A DNA stretch of 32,617 bases from Spirogloea muscicola (lineage: Eukaryota). Numbering within the stretch: the stretch's first letter is position 1; every line of letters begins with the position of its first letter. The notes beneath the pieces are model-generated. The model did not search any database, was not told the DNA's origin, and worked only from the letters and a program-made list of their open reading frames with translations. The position numbers and the translations under genes were made by a program. The DNA is taken from the NCBI GenBank assembly GCA_009602725.1, contig WELB01000012.1, forward strand, positions 307,242-339,858. The letters run 5' to 3'. Positions 1 through 11,341 of the stretch are shown here, piece by piece.

Positions 1-172
1 CGCCGCCGCGGCGCTCGCCGCAAATCAGGCGCGCGAGCAAGGCCCTCCTTCGGCGGCCGCCGCCCCCGCCAGAGCCCGCCGGCCTCGCTGAGCCGCCGGC
101 TTCTACGCGGCAGCCGTTGTCGAGCTCTCTGCGCCCCGAGCCGCAGGTCCCGCTCCCCGCCGGCCCGCCGCC

Positions 173-337
173 ATGGAGGCTCTCGCTGCTATTTCGCGCC
201 TCGGGGTGGCACTCTCGTGCCTCGCCTGCGGGAGTCCCCACTGGGCTACACTGTCCGTCATGGCGGATTGTGCCGTCCTAGTCATAGTCTTGGGTACCAT
301 GTACGATGTACCGAAGGTCCGCACAAGCGCCTGTTGA
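173..337 (+). other. Upstream ORF (54 aa) in the presumed 5' leader of CK2 beta
   Basis: ATG at 173 in GCCGCCATGG context; MEALAAISRLGVALSCLACGSPHWATLSVMADCAVLVIVLGTMYDVPKVRTSAC; TGA at 335-337, 90 nt before the CK2B ATG. Confidence 0.45.
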
Positions 338-427
338 GCTTGACGAGCCGCCGCCGGCACCTCCCCTGCGCCTGCAGACAGACATGTCGCCGCGGCACGG
401 CGCCGCCGCACCGCAGCGCTAGCTGCT

Positions 428-2567
428 ATGTACAAGGACAGGGGCTCCGGCGACGGCCGAGGCGGCGGCGCCGGCGGCGGCCAGCGGGACGCCGCTCAGA
501 ACGACCCCAGCAAGCGCCGTGGCGACGATGGCGCTGATAAGATAGCCTCCACGTCTGGCAAGGCAAGCTGGCTCTCGCCTACACCGTGCGCCTCCTCATG
601 TGTTACAAGGGCGCGGCAGCACAGCTCATGCCTTTATCCCACAAGCTTTGCCAGCAGGATTTTGGGCTGTCGAGCTACTCTGTGCTAAGTTCTGTATGTC
701 TTACATCTCCTCCGGAAAGCTGTGCATGCTGCTCCTTTAAATGGGCGTCGCAGCAGGACAGCCTAGAGCGGCGCTTGCATATACTGGGCGCTGACGTTGG
801 TTTGCCATGTCTGCCCTAGCACACTGCAGGGGAGCAGCTCGCGCGACAAGGACCGCAGCAGCGTGCCTTCCACGTCGGCCACCCGGCGAGGGGTGGCGGG
901 CGACAGCAGGCTCGTCTTCGACAAGCCGAACAAGTATCCGGACGACGGTGAGCCTGACTTGAAACGCATGCAATTGACTGGACGACTCCGCCTCAACAGC
1001 TGCCAGGCGAGGGCAGCTGATATTTGGAGCCTTGAGGTGCTCGACTGGGGGCCCTAGGCCCAGTGCTTGCACAGGGTTGTCTGAGGAACACCTCTGAGGC
1101 CTGCTGGTGTTAGCTAAGCTTTCTTCTCTGCCGCTAGTTGCTGTCAAGAGGCTACTTTGGAGGATGTCGCAGTGTGACAGATTCGGAGCATGATGGGCTG
1201 AGCTCCTGTTGTTCCACCAGGGGAGGACTCGGAGACTGACAGCGAGGAGTCCGATGTCAGTGGGTCGGACGAGGAGGACACATCGTGGATTGCTTGGTTC
1301 TGTAGTCTGAAGGGCAACGAGTTCTTCTGCGAGGTCGACGACGAGTACATACAGGATGACTTCAATCTGAGCGGGTTGAGCAGCCAGGTCCCCTACTATG
1401 ACTATGCCCTGGACCTCATCCTGGACGTGGAGTCCCCCAATGGTGGGTTAACCGTGCTATTACTAATCCGATTGCGCCTGCACATTTTGGAAGTGGAGTA
1501 TGCACTGCAATGAGCAAGCAAGAAATTGTTGGTAAGTCTGTGCAATTCTTTCTGATAGAGTCGGTCCTTCATCTTTTTTGGCATCCCAGATGACATGCTG
1601 ACTGAGGAGCAGCATGAGATGGTCGAATCTGCTGCTGAGATGCTTTACGGCCTCATCCACGTCCGTTACATCTTGACCACCAGAGGCTTGCAGGCAATGG
1701 TGAGGTGACTTTGCCCTGGTTTACAGGGATACAGAGCTGGCCTCCATTATCACTTCCATTGCTATGTGATAGAAGACTACGGGCAACTTAGAGAGATATA
1801 GCTCATGTCGATTTTCGCTTATCGCAGTAGCAAGAGACATTGATATGTGCATGTGGTTAGCCTGGCTGTGCATGCCCCTTGTGTCCCCTCAGCCACCTCT
1901 TAACTGGCTTGTCGGTCTCTTCAGTCGCTGCATGTAGCGCTGTCAGTGCGACTTGATTGGCCGCCTGCTACGTTTTCAGAGAAATTTGTTGGATGCTTGT
2001 GCATGTTGCAGTTGGAGAAGTGCAAGAACGTGGACTTTGGCAGGTGTCCGCGAGTGTACTGCTCAGGCCAGCCTTGCTTGCCCATGGGACAGTCCGACAT
2101 ACCCCGCACCAGCACAGTGAAAATATACTGTCCCAAGTGCGAAGACATCTACTACCCGAGATCCAAGTACCAAGGCAGTATCCTCCTGCAGCACTTGCCC
2201 TTTTGGGCCATCCATATGTCGTGTGTGTGTTGCAACACCTTATGATGCCTGCATCCTGCTTTTCCTCAGTCTTCATTCTTGCTAGAGGGCAGCCCTGCAA
2301 GATATTTTTTTCTGTTTATGTGTGTGCGTTGCGGTCAGATGTTCATGCATTCTTAGGGTCAGGACAAGGACAGGGTCGGGCGACTTGGATTATGCATTCA
2401 GCCCTTGTACTTAACGAGGGTACCCTGCAGATATCGACGGTGCCTATTTCGGAACGACCTTTCCCCACCTGTTCCTCATGACTTACCCCTACATCAAACC
2501 CCCAAAGCCCACTCAGAGCTACATCCCTCGGATATTCGGCTTCAAGCTGCACCGAAGCGCCAGGTGA
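428..2567 (+). CDS. CKB: Casein kinase II regulatory (beta) subunit, plant type with N-terminal extension; 6 exons
   Basis: Exons 428-562, 830-947, 1221-1442, 1590-1699, 2012-2177, 2431-2567 join in frame. Motifs [45 protein letters not shown], zinc finger CPRVYC...[35 protein letters not shown]. Confidence 0.97.
2178..2430 (+). other. Probable U12-type (minor spliceosome) GT-AG intron in CK2 beta
   Basis: 5' site GTATCCTC (U12 consensus RTATCCTT); branch-like TACTTAAC at 2408-2415, about 14 nt before the AG; no polypyrimidine tract. Confidence 0.75.
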
Positions 2568-3183
2568 CCTCCCAGTCATGCGTGGCTGCAGTGGCAAGGA
2601 CCAAGCCGACGAGACCTCCACATGCATTGCACAACCTGAATATTGCACAACATGCAAATGATGCCTTGCCTGCTGACTGAGGCATAGAATGCAAGTCAAC
2701 CTGGTCCATTAGCCCCATGCTTCTTGTAGCCCTTTACCTAGAGCCCTGATAGTCTGCTCCGGCGGCAGATTCACTTCCTTTTGGTATTCCTCAGCTGCCT
2801 GACCTTAGCCAATGCTCATCAAGCAGGACAATGCATCCGGCAACACGCTGCCTGTATGACTCAAGCCTCGTGTAAATCGCGTGTGCTTTCTTTAGGACCA
2901 CTTGTGCTTGCTTTCTCATACAGCGCCTCAGTACTCCATGCATGGGCTAAATCAAAGCATCACAACCATTTGTTCTGACCTTTGAGAGGTTCTTGAGGTG
3001 CGTTGAGGGGCTGCGACCAGTAGTTTACAGCCAGGTCTAAGAAATAAGTCAATCAAGCAAACGCTAGTCAAGAGGTCTCTCCACTTGCTGTAGCTGGAGG
3101 GTTTTGCGATGCAGAGCAGAGTCGATATAATTGAGACAATTAGTACACCCTTCAAGTGCTTCAGAAGGACAAGTACATTGATA

Positions 3184-6100
3184 TCATCTCCTAGCGCGCT
3201 TGAACGCAGTTGCCTGCCCACGCGGTCTGCGAACTTGCAAGTGCTGTTGCGCACTTTGCCTAGCCTGCTCCTGTGACTCACAATTGTGGGTCGGGGCCCT
3301 GACCCGCGGCTGGAACTTGGGCACGCCCGCATTGTAAGCTGGTCTACTAGGCCGCGGACTCAGCCGTCCAAAACCACCCCGCTTACTTGCACCACCTCGG
3401 CCCATGTGCCTAGGTACAGCATTCACAAAGGCTGCACAACAAAGGACAATCTTATTGACCCATGTCGTCGATCGTCACGGCAAGTGCATCCTGCTTGTTG
3501 ATAGTATGACCAGGTGCAGCCTATCCATGACCTGCAACTTCTTGCAGCTCAACTCAGTGGCATCCGACCAAAGTGCGACGTGCCAGTAGTCTGCTACTGA
3601 CCTTCGTCGGGCTCCTCGCCAACCTCCCGCCGGTACCAATCAATGTCGTCATCAGCCTCCCCTGCTTGACCGCCTGTCTCAGTCTCCTCCGCCGTCAGGT
3701 CCTCAAGCTCCCCATCATCGTGGATGTGCGCTGGAGCCCTGCTCACCATGCACAGCTTTGGAGCAGATCAAGAATATATCGAAGCTTGAGCGAAGCAGCC
3801 TGCGATGTGGCAGTTATTCTGCAGAGAGTATCTGTGGCCCTGCACAGTCAGGGGGGATGATATATACTTGCGCTTGCGTAGAACATTTGCATCCTGCTCA
3901 GCTTTCCTCTGCTTCTTCAGAGCGTCCCTCGCCTCAATCTTCGACTTAAGTATAGCCTTCTCCTCCTCAGTCTTTTGTACTGCGGACAGGCGTTGACAAA
4001 TGTCAGCATCCTTTACATAAGACCAGGAAGCAAGAGGCTACTCACCAACCGAGAGTGGAGAAGCAGCAGCCATGTATCTATCTGCAACATAGGATAGAGT
4101 TTCGGCAAGTGCATTGAAGGAACATTAGGCATCAGGTCATTAGAGGCCCACCAAATTCGTGGAACATTACGGCACCGTTGCAGAGGCCCTCCTCCACCTT
4201 GAGCAGCTGGAGCGTTATGCGTGGCCCAACCTCATGCAGCTTCACAGCACTTTGACTGCATGCGCGGTTGCTCCGCCCAAAGTTCTGAGACAACTTGACC
4301 TTTGCCGCTTCATCCTCCGCCTCACTCTCTGATCCATACCCGCTCCTGCATGTGAATGCACCATGTGAACCCCCCACCCGAGTGAGACAGGGCATAGCTG
4401 CGTTTCCTAATAATAACCCACATAAGCAGGGACTGAAGGAAAGGTAGGACTCTGACCTGGGCAAGTACAGCGCAAGATACAAGAAAGCTGTTACGTTGTT
4501 ATCAAGTTGCTGCCTGCCCTGATTTGCTAGCATTCTTAAACTCATGTAGGTGCAGAGGATAAATAGGCTCCATCACCAGCTACAGTCTAGATGATAGCTT
4601 TGCTAATACTGAAAATTGACAGATTATCTGTTACTGAAAGGGAGCCTCGCTTTTGGCTGAGCCATTGCCTCCACAAATAGGAGGTGCAACTTCAGAAATG
4701 ACATTGCACCTAGCGAAGAAGTCGCCCACATCTGTCAGCATGCCAAGGTCAGGAAGCGCCCGGCTCTGCACCAGCTTTCTCACAGGCTTGGAAACTCCAA
4801 CAGGCTGAGCTGAGATTGAATAGTGGCGGAACTCCACTGTTCTGCTCTCTGCGTTATAGCTCAGCAGCAGCACTCGTTGGCACGCAGCCAGCTTCACCTG
4901 CCGTCACACCAAGGGTAGAGAGTGACAGGGATGTCAAGAACTTGACAGTTATTCTGATCTCAATGTAGCTGAGTGGGTGACTGGTCAAGAGCCTGGTGGC
5001 TCCCGCAGGGACAAGACCAAGGTCTTGGCCAAGTTTCTCGCTCGATCCTAAGTAAGTTATGGAGGCACACAACAAGCAACCGACTTGGCTCATGGATCTC
5101 AGTTGATAGATAGGACACGGAGTGCTGCTATACCTTCTGCACATTGATGGCTGGGAACATGTTCTGAAACATGACTGTGACCAGCTTGAGGTGCTCCTTA
5201 CCGCTCCCAAACCCGTGCATGACCACCTGAACGAGAAAGTGGACAGGACAATGGCTAAGAGAGTCCCAAAGCTGGAGAATCTCCTTGCTGTGGCGGTGTG
5301 ACATTGCTACAGCTTGCACCTCACTATTTCGACCAACGTCATCAATGGCAACCACCGGGGCAGCACTGGTCACAGGGAAGCTCTCTACATGCCAAGACAC
5401 CACACTGCAATCCACAGTGCACCTTGCTGGCCGTCATCAAACACAAGATGTGCCTTCAACCGTGTGATTCATGAGTTGGGTTTGAGGAGCTGAGAATCAC
5501 CAGAGGAGGGTTCTTGAAGATGGCGGGCGGGGCCCTGGGCCTGGCCTGGGAGCTAGCAATGTCGGCGGCCAGGGAGTACCGGAGGACCTTGAACGTCAGC
5601 GTTGGGCCACGGGGCGTGCGGGCGACGCGCAGGTACGGCGCCTCTTGCGTGACCGACAGGATGACAAAGTGCGTCACGCCCAGCGGCCCGCTGACATGCA
5701 CAAAGTCCTTCAGGCTGTTGCGCGTAGACTCCTGCACGAGCACGCTTCTCAAAACGCAAAATGTGAGTATTGCTGTTGATTCTGTTGTGGTTGTTGTTGT
5801 TGTTTTTGTTGATGTTGTTTATTGTTGTTGATGTTGTTCTTCTTGTTCTTGTTGTTGTTGTTGTTCTTGTTGTTGCTGCTGTGGTTGTTGTTGTTGTTGC
5901 TGCTGTGGTTGTTGTTGTTGTTGTTCTTCTTCTTCTTCTTCTTCTTCTTCTTCTTCTTCTTCTTCTTCTTGTTGTTCTTCTTGTCATGTTTTTTCTAATT
6001 GTTGTTTGCCCGTCGGCTTGCCTCGGAATGTGGTGGTCGAGGCCGGGTCCAGGGCTTTGACTTGCAACCCATTAAACCAGAGCCTAAGACCCCTCCTTCC

Positions 6101-6487
6101 CCAGCAAAACCCTGAGGCTTTTATCCTATCCTGACTCATCCGCTGACCCAAATGCTAACGCCTGAGCCCATTGAGGTGAGAGCGCGTCCCAGGGAGCGCG
6201 CTCTGCCGGCGCTCGGGCACGGCGTGCAGCCCAGCTGCGCTCGGGTCTCCCGCCTGCGCATGCCGGCAGCGGTGGAGGCCTCACCCGCAGGCGCAGCGCG
6301 GTGTTGGGCAGCATGAGGCGGCGCAGGTCGCGCTCGAGCTGGCGCAGCGACGCGCCCAGGCGGGCGCCGCGGGAGAACACGAAGCTCTGCGGCGGCCGCT
6401 CGCGGCCCGGGGCGCCGGCCGGCGCCGCAGACGAGTGCGTCCGCTTCTTCTTCTGCNCGGGCGCCTCACCCGCCGCGTCTTCGCCAT
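3184..6487 (-). CDS. PPAN: Peter Pan / Ssf1-like Brix-domain ribosome biogenesis protein; about 8 exons; frame interrupted at assembly N 6457
   Basis: Approximate exons 6487-6285, 5731-5501, 5226-5134, 4897-4710, 4344-4153, 3981-3868, 3738-3602, 3431-3184. Motifs PQSFVFSRG, DLRRLMLPNTALRL, NSLKDFVHVSGPLGVTHF, RTPRGPTLTFKV, MFQNMFPAINV, EFRHYSI, LHEVGPRITLQLLKVEEGL, DWYRREVGEEPDE. Confidence 0.95.
5774..5985. repeat. Compound (GTT)n/(CTT)n trinucleotide microsatellite in PPAN intron 1
   Basis: About 210 bp of GTT/CTT/GCT triplets, including an uninterrupted CTT run near 5926-5970. Confidence 0.95.
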
Positions 6488-6558
6488 GGCGTCGCCTCCG
6501 CCTGCCCCGCGCGCGCAGGCGTGCCCCGCCGGAGAGCAGCCCTGCCGGGGAGCCGCGA

Positions 6559-6592
<34 letters not shown>

Positions 6593-6679
6593 TGCTCTCG
6601 CGCGCGGCGAGAGTGTGGTCCAAGGTTTCTCACGGGGGGGGGGTGGTTTGGGGGTTTTGGGAGTTTTCGTGTATTAAAG

Positions 6680-7035
6680 ACAAACGGAGGCCAAAATGGG
6701 CCAAGTACAATGGCAAGCACATCCGACGACGTACATCGCCCACGGCAGATTGACCCGCTCAGTGTCCACGGGTCAATACATAAAGGTCGCTAATCGACGC
6801 CTCAAAACCAGATGGCGAATTCGAAGCCCCGCTGCCACCAACTAGAGCTCGCCCAGCTTTCCGGTGCAAAGCATTAGCCTGAGCACGGTGCAAATAGGCC
6901 GATATGCGTCGTCGCAAGAACGACAGACGTGCAGCAGGCAAGCCCTTGTCAGCCGTAAACACACCTGCACGTCGTGCATAGCCTAGATTGGCAATATTAT
7001 GAAGGAGAGTGCGGACAGTCTCGGTCCTAAACCCT
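6680..7035 (-). mobile_element. 5'-truncated remnant of a CRE-like non-LTR retrotransposon (ORF C-terminus plus 3' UTR)
   Basis: Minus translation TLLHNIANLGYARRAG...LSFLRRRISAYLHRAQANALHRKAGRAL...EASISDLYVLTRGH* parallels the C-terminus of the copy at 9705-10057. Confidence 0.75.
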
Positions 7036-7084
7036 TCAGCCCAGCGTTAGCTTCGTGACTAAGTGATCCATTCTACCGGGCAAC

Positions 7085-7205
7085 CTCTGAGACAGCGCTT
7101 TTGGCCCCTCCGGACCTTGTCAATCCTTCTCGGGCTGGCTATTCACAGCCATTGCCCCTTTTGACTGAGCCACTTCTTCTTAGCGACCTCTGTGCGCTGA
7201 CTCGT
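7085..7205 (+). mobile_element. Short 3'-terminal retroelement stub (family D)
   Basis: TTTGGCCCCTCCGGACCTTGTCAATCCTTCTCGGGCTGGCTATTCACAGCCATTGCCCC...GCCACTTCT closely matches 10390-10469. Confidence 0.6.
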
Positions 7206-7897
7206 GGTTACTCGCGCAATCACCCTAGCAGCAGGTGATGTACACCCGTCAATGTGCTTGCCTTGTACTTGGCCATGCAGGCCCTCCATCTCTTAATACA
7301 CACTCGATTTCTCCAGGGCCTTGCTCCCAAGACCCAAACACCCACACCCTCACCCTGAAGTCCCGACTGCTGAACCCTTCCGACTGCCAAACCCTTCCAA
7401 GCAGGGTTTCTGCCCTTGCTCGGGCGTCTCGCCTTGGGCATCCGCCAAGTCGAGCACTGCTGCAGGCTGTGTTCGACCTCAATCCCTCAGCAGCAAGCGC
7501 ACCACCACATGAAGCTGCCCGCAGAAACTCCAGCACCACGCCTGACTCACGAGCACACATGCCAGTGAGTGGCCTGAGGCCAATATAACAATTGGTCTTG
7601 AGATGTACTTATGTACCGCTGCAATTGCTCAACCATTACCCCTGCTACTGCAGAAAGCTATCTGTAAGGGCAAAACAGCCACAGCTGAATGGCCAATGCA
7701 TGACACAATGAGCATATCTGAACTTCAACATGAATCAAGCCAATTTAGGAGCTGGCACACTTCAAGGAAAAGAAACTTATGTACCTGGATGAAAAAATCT
7801 ACACCTTCATGGATGTTCGCGCTTGGCAATCTCAATGATAAGTGCTCATCACCTGTTCCCTTTGTCGTCCATCTGTTTATATGACAACTCAAATATG

Positions 7898-9571
7898 TCA
7901 TGACACACTCATACAATCACCAAACACACAAATTGTGAAAGAAAGCACTGGTTTTAGAGCCCAGAGATGAGTTCGCAGCCAGAACACATTTGCTCGGATG
8001 TGGGAAGGGCCTTGTTGTAGCACTCTGCAATCGAGGAGCTGCCTGATAGAGGTGCAAGCCTCTGTGACAAGCACTCTAGCACCATGATGGAATGTGCATG
8101 CCTGCTGGCCTTCAACTCTGTTAGTGAGCTTCGAGATTGTTGCATTTGTAGATGCAAGAGACACGTGGTAACTAGACACTGCCAATTGTGCCAAGGCCGG
8201 CAGAGCTCCAGCTGCATTGAAACGTGCGACAGTGTCATGTCTCGTGGTAAATTCTCTATATGCAACCAAGCATCTCACGAAACAGCACTTAAAGCGCAAT
8301 CTATGAGTGAGCTTTACGTCACTCTGTGCTTAGGAGCCACCAGACCTGTGATGCCTGCACAAGTCACGGACGCCAGCGCAACAGGTGGAATCTGCATCGC
8401 ACAAGTTACTAGTTGCTCATAAGTCAGGCCTCGTTGTGGGAACACAGTTGCCTCCAGTCAAGGCTTCAGCAATTAGCCATGCACCACAATTGAACAACTC
8501 AACGGATACTCCAATAGGAGCTACTCTACATCTCTTACTGAGCTGACCAAAGCCAAAACACTCATGAGCTCTACTCACCCCGATCAGGTACTGCATGCCA
8601 ACTCGACCTGGAAGTCTCTTGGCTAATGGATACATCACTGCAGAGAGGCAATAAAGCCATTCTAATGAGGAGATCATAAACCTGACACCGAGCTCAACAG
8701 CATATGACAGTCAACTTCCACAGTGAGAGTCCTCATGACAGGCTTACACCAATTCCTTTGACTAAAGTGAAATTTTCCACCTTAAGCAGCAATTACCATT
8801 GTTGAAGGCGTAGAAACCACTGATGGTGCCTCCCAAGGCAGTGCCCACCTGCTTGATAGCACGCAGACGGCACAACAGCCCATTAAAAGAAGCCCTCGGG
8901 ATATGTTGATCGAGATCAACCTGGTAGGGTACAAATGCGCAGCGACAGAGAAACAGGGACCGCACTATCTGCTACTTCCTGCTTCGAGGTGACACTTGCC
9001 TGGTGCTATATTAAGAGTGCACGAGCAGAGTATCTTCCTGATGCAAAATAGAGCACGGGAAGAAGCGAAGCTATACCGTAGCAGAGTATTAGAATGATGT
9101 CTCAAGTGAGGAGCTAGACACTGGTCCGACAGAAAATATTAAGCTGCTGCAGCCGTGACAGAGCATCAAGCGGTGACAAGAAGGTGGCGAGGCGAGGCGA
9201 CGGGTAAGGAACGCGCCATGGCGAGGCTGTCTCGCAGAAAGGGTGCAATGGTCCAGTCAGCACCTGCCTGCAGCCAGTGCACGAGCACCAAGGCCTCGAC
9301 AGCGTGAGGCAGCAATAAGCACGTTGCTGTAGCTCAAGGCCGAGCCTGGCGACCCTGGCGAGCCTCGCCTCGTGAGTTCTTCCCAGCAAGGTCGCCACAG
9401 CGTAAGGGGAGCTATGTTATATAGCGAGCGGACCCCGGGCTTGGCGCCGAGAGGCGCAGCGCAGCGCGGGCAGCGGTCGGGAGCGCCGCCGGCGGCCAGC
9501 GACGGCGGGCGGTACGGCGCGGCAGGGTCCCGCGCCACGAGGTGCCTCATGCGGTCCTCCGGTGACTCCAT
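7898..9571 (-). CDS. Plant-conserved uncharacterised small protein with a CxxC motif and glycine-rich hydrophobic segments; 3' end uncertain
   Basis: Exons 9571-9434, 9267-9217 (GC donor), 8848-8797, 8637-8579, 8391-8346, 8211-... join in frame: DRCPRC...DWTIAPFLRDSLAMVGTALGGTISGFYAFNNVMYPL...MQYLIGIPPVALASVTCAGITAGALPALAQLAVSSYH. Resembles an uncharacterised land-plant family (from memory). Confidence 0.8.
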
Positions 9572-9704
9572 GGTGGGCCTCTCCCGCCGCCGCCGCCGCC
9601 GCGCGCGGCGCGGGTGACGGTGGCGCGGCGAAGGAGAGCGCAGCTTTGGGCTCTCGAAATGTCAGCGGCCGCAAGTTTCGTTTGGGCGGCGTATTTCTTT
9701 ACGG

Positions 9705-10150
9705 AGAGGAAGAAGGAGAGGCACTACAATGACCACCCCCGCGGCGACCACTTCTTCCCATGCGCCATGGACATCTACGGCGGCTACGGAACGAAGTGGT
9801 CTTCCCTCCTCCATCGCTTGGCACTGCATGTCGATGCCCGCCGACGTAGTCGGGCGGGTAGCTTGGGGCATTCTAGCGTCCCGCAAGCCATCGTTGCATG
9901 CTATAGAATGCGGCTATCGAGTCCACAGCGCTCCCAGGCACTCGCGATACACCAGCGTGCTGGTCGTGCATTAGCACAGGCTAATGGCTTCCGTGGTGGT
10001 GGTTTGGCGCCTCAGCTTAGCTTGTCAGATATGCATGTGCTCACTCGGGAATATTAGTGTCCCCCTTAGCCAGCTCATTACCCAGTTAACAGGTCATATG
10101 TAAGGCGTGAAATCGCCTCCCTTTCAATTTCATGCGCACCGCGCGCCTTC
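9705..10150 (+). mobile_element. 5'-truncated CRE-like retrotransposon copy (end of RLE domain, stop at 10057, 3' UTR, CT-rich tail)
   Basis: RKKERHYNDHPRGDHFFPCAMDIYGGYGTKWSSLLHRLA aligns with SKAAKHADHPAADEFVPLAVDVHGALGSHWLDLLARLA of the 32 kb element. Ends in CATGCGCACCGCGCGCCTT; possible degenerate TSD ending TTACGG (9699-9704 / 10155-10160). Confidence 0.85.
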
Positions 10151-10224
10151 TCTCTTACGGCGGCTCATTTCCACCCCAGCTGCTGGTGGGCAAACGTAGG
10201 AACACCCCCCACGTTGCCCACGAC

Positions 10225-10510
10225 GTCTCCGGAAGAAGACGCTGCCACGGAAGAGGGGCGGACGCCTCCCCGATAAGAAGTGCGCGCCCATAGAGAAGTG
10301 GGGCTGGCAAAGCCAGCCCAAAAAAGAATGGACAATGTCCAAGCCAAAGAAAGAGGAGCCGGAAAAAGGACCGATAGACCCCTCCATCATTTGGCCCCTT
10401 CGAACCTTTGTCAATTCTTTTTCGGGCTGGCTTTTCACAGCCCTTGCCCCCATTCGGAGTGCCACTTCTATCGGGACTCCGCCTCAGTGGCGCCCTCTCG
10501 TTCCGGCGAG
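10225..10510. repeat. Imperfect inverted repeat formed by two head-to-head family-D stubs
   Basis: Minus-strand 10225-10350 (TTGTCCATTCTTTTTTGGGCTGGCTTTGCCAGCCCC...CACTTCTTATCGGGGA) resembles plus-strand 10408-10510 (TTGTCAATTCTTTTTCGGGCTGGCTTTTCACAGCCC...CACTTCTATCGGGA). Confidence 0.65.
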
Positions 10511-10654
10511 CTCCCGATCGCTTCCGTTTTGCACGAGGTCGTGCCTGGACAGTGTGTTGGCTTACATTGGCCACCCTTCGATTTCTTCATGAAATCCTTT
10601 TGGCGGAATTGTCCCCTACCCTCTGTGGGCAAGCAATCTCCTTTTCAGCCTGCA

Positions 10655-10860
10655 TTCGCTCTGTTACCTTCTATCGCCCCCCCTTTAGCATAGGGCTTCG
10701 CTCTATGTAGCCCCAATCTTTGGACTAGCTTTTGCCTGAACTATGACTTGGCTTGTTATGGCCTCCCTTCCATTGCTTTGGGCTGGCCTCTCACAGCCAC
10801 CAGTCAACTGGGCCGCGCTTTCTTCCTTTTCACTGCATGCGCACCGCGTGCCTTCCCTCT
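10655..10860 (+). mobile_element. 3' UTR stub (family E) carrying a nested 48-bp insertion at 10777-10824
   Basis: TTAGCATAGGGCTTCGCTCTATGTAGCCCCAAT...TGCCTGAAC...TGGCCTCCC...CATGCGCACCGCGTGCCTT matches the uninterrupted minus-strand copy at 26921-27062. Confidence 0.75.
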
Positions 10861-11341
10861 CCCCTCTCCATCTCCTCATACACACTCAGTTCTCCCCTCA
10901 GGCTGGCCCCCGGCCTCAACCAGCGCTCCTCCCCAAGCGACAGCGAAGCGCTTCCTGAGAAAGGCCGGCCAAAAAGTAGTGGACAGGGTCAAAGGGGAAG
11001 CCCCAACACACTAGCGCAATCACTCGGCCAAACACGTGGCCACCATGGATGGCTAACGGTCCCAGATGGAGACGGTCCACATTGACCGAAGAGGCGCCTT
11101 CTTAGTAATTCCTGCTTGGCTATTTTATTTGTAGCCGATAATTCTGCTGAATGCTGCGCACTCTCTAGACCTTGTCCAGTCCTTATGGCCTGGCCTTTCA
11201 ACAGCCACTGTTTCCTGGAGATAGCCTTGATTCTGATACTCACGGAGGCTGCTGCCTCGCAGCAAATAAGTTGACACAGTCGTCTGGTCGCAGCTGCTCG
11301 CTGCACCAGCCTCCAGTCTGCTGGCGCCATCCTGAAGTAAG

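Noticed and set aside
5553..6060. Poly-Arg/Thr and poly-Val/Leu ORFs
   Set aside because: Translations of the intronic GTT/CTT microsatellite
6457..6457. Apparent frameshift near the PPAN start (likewise PWP1 at 26254) as programmed frameshifting or pseudogenisation
   Set aside because: Coincides with an assembly N; the rest of each gene is intact
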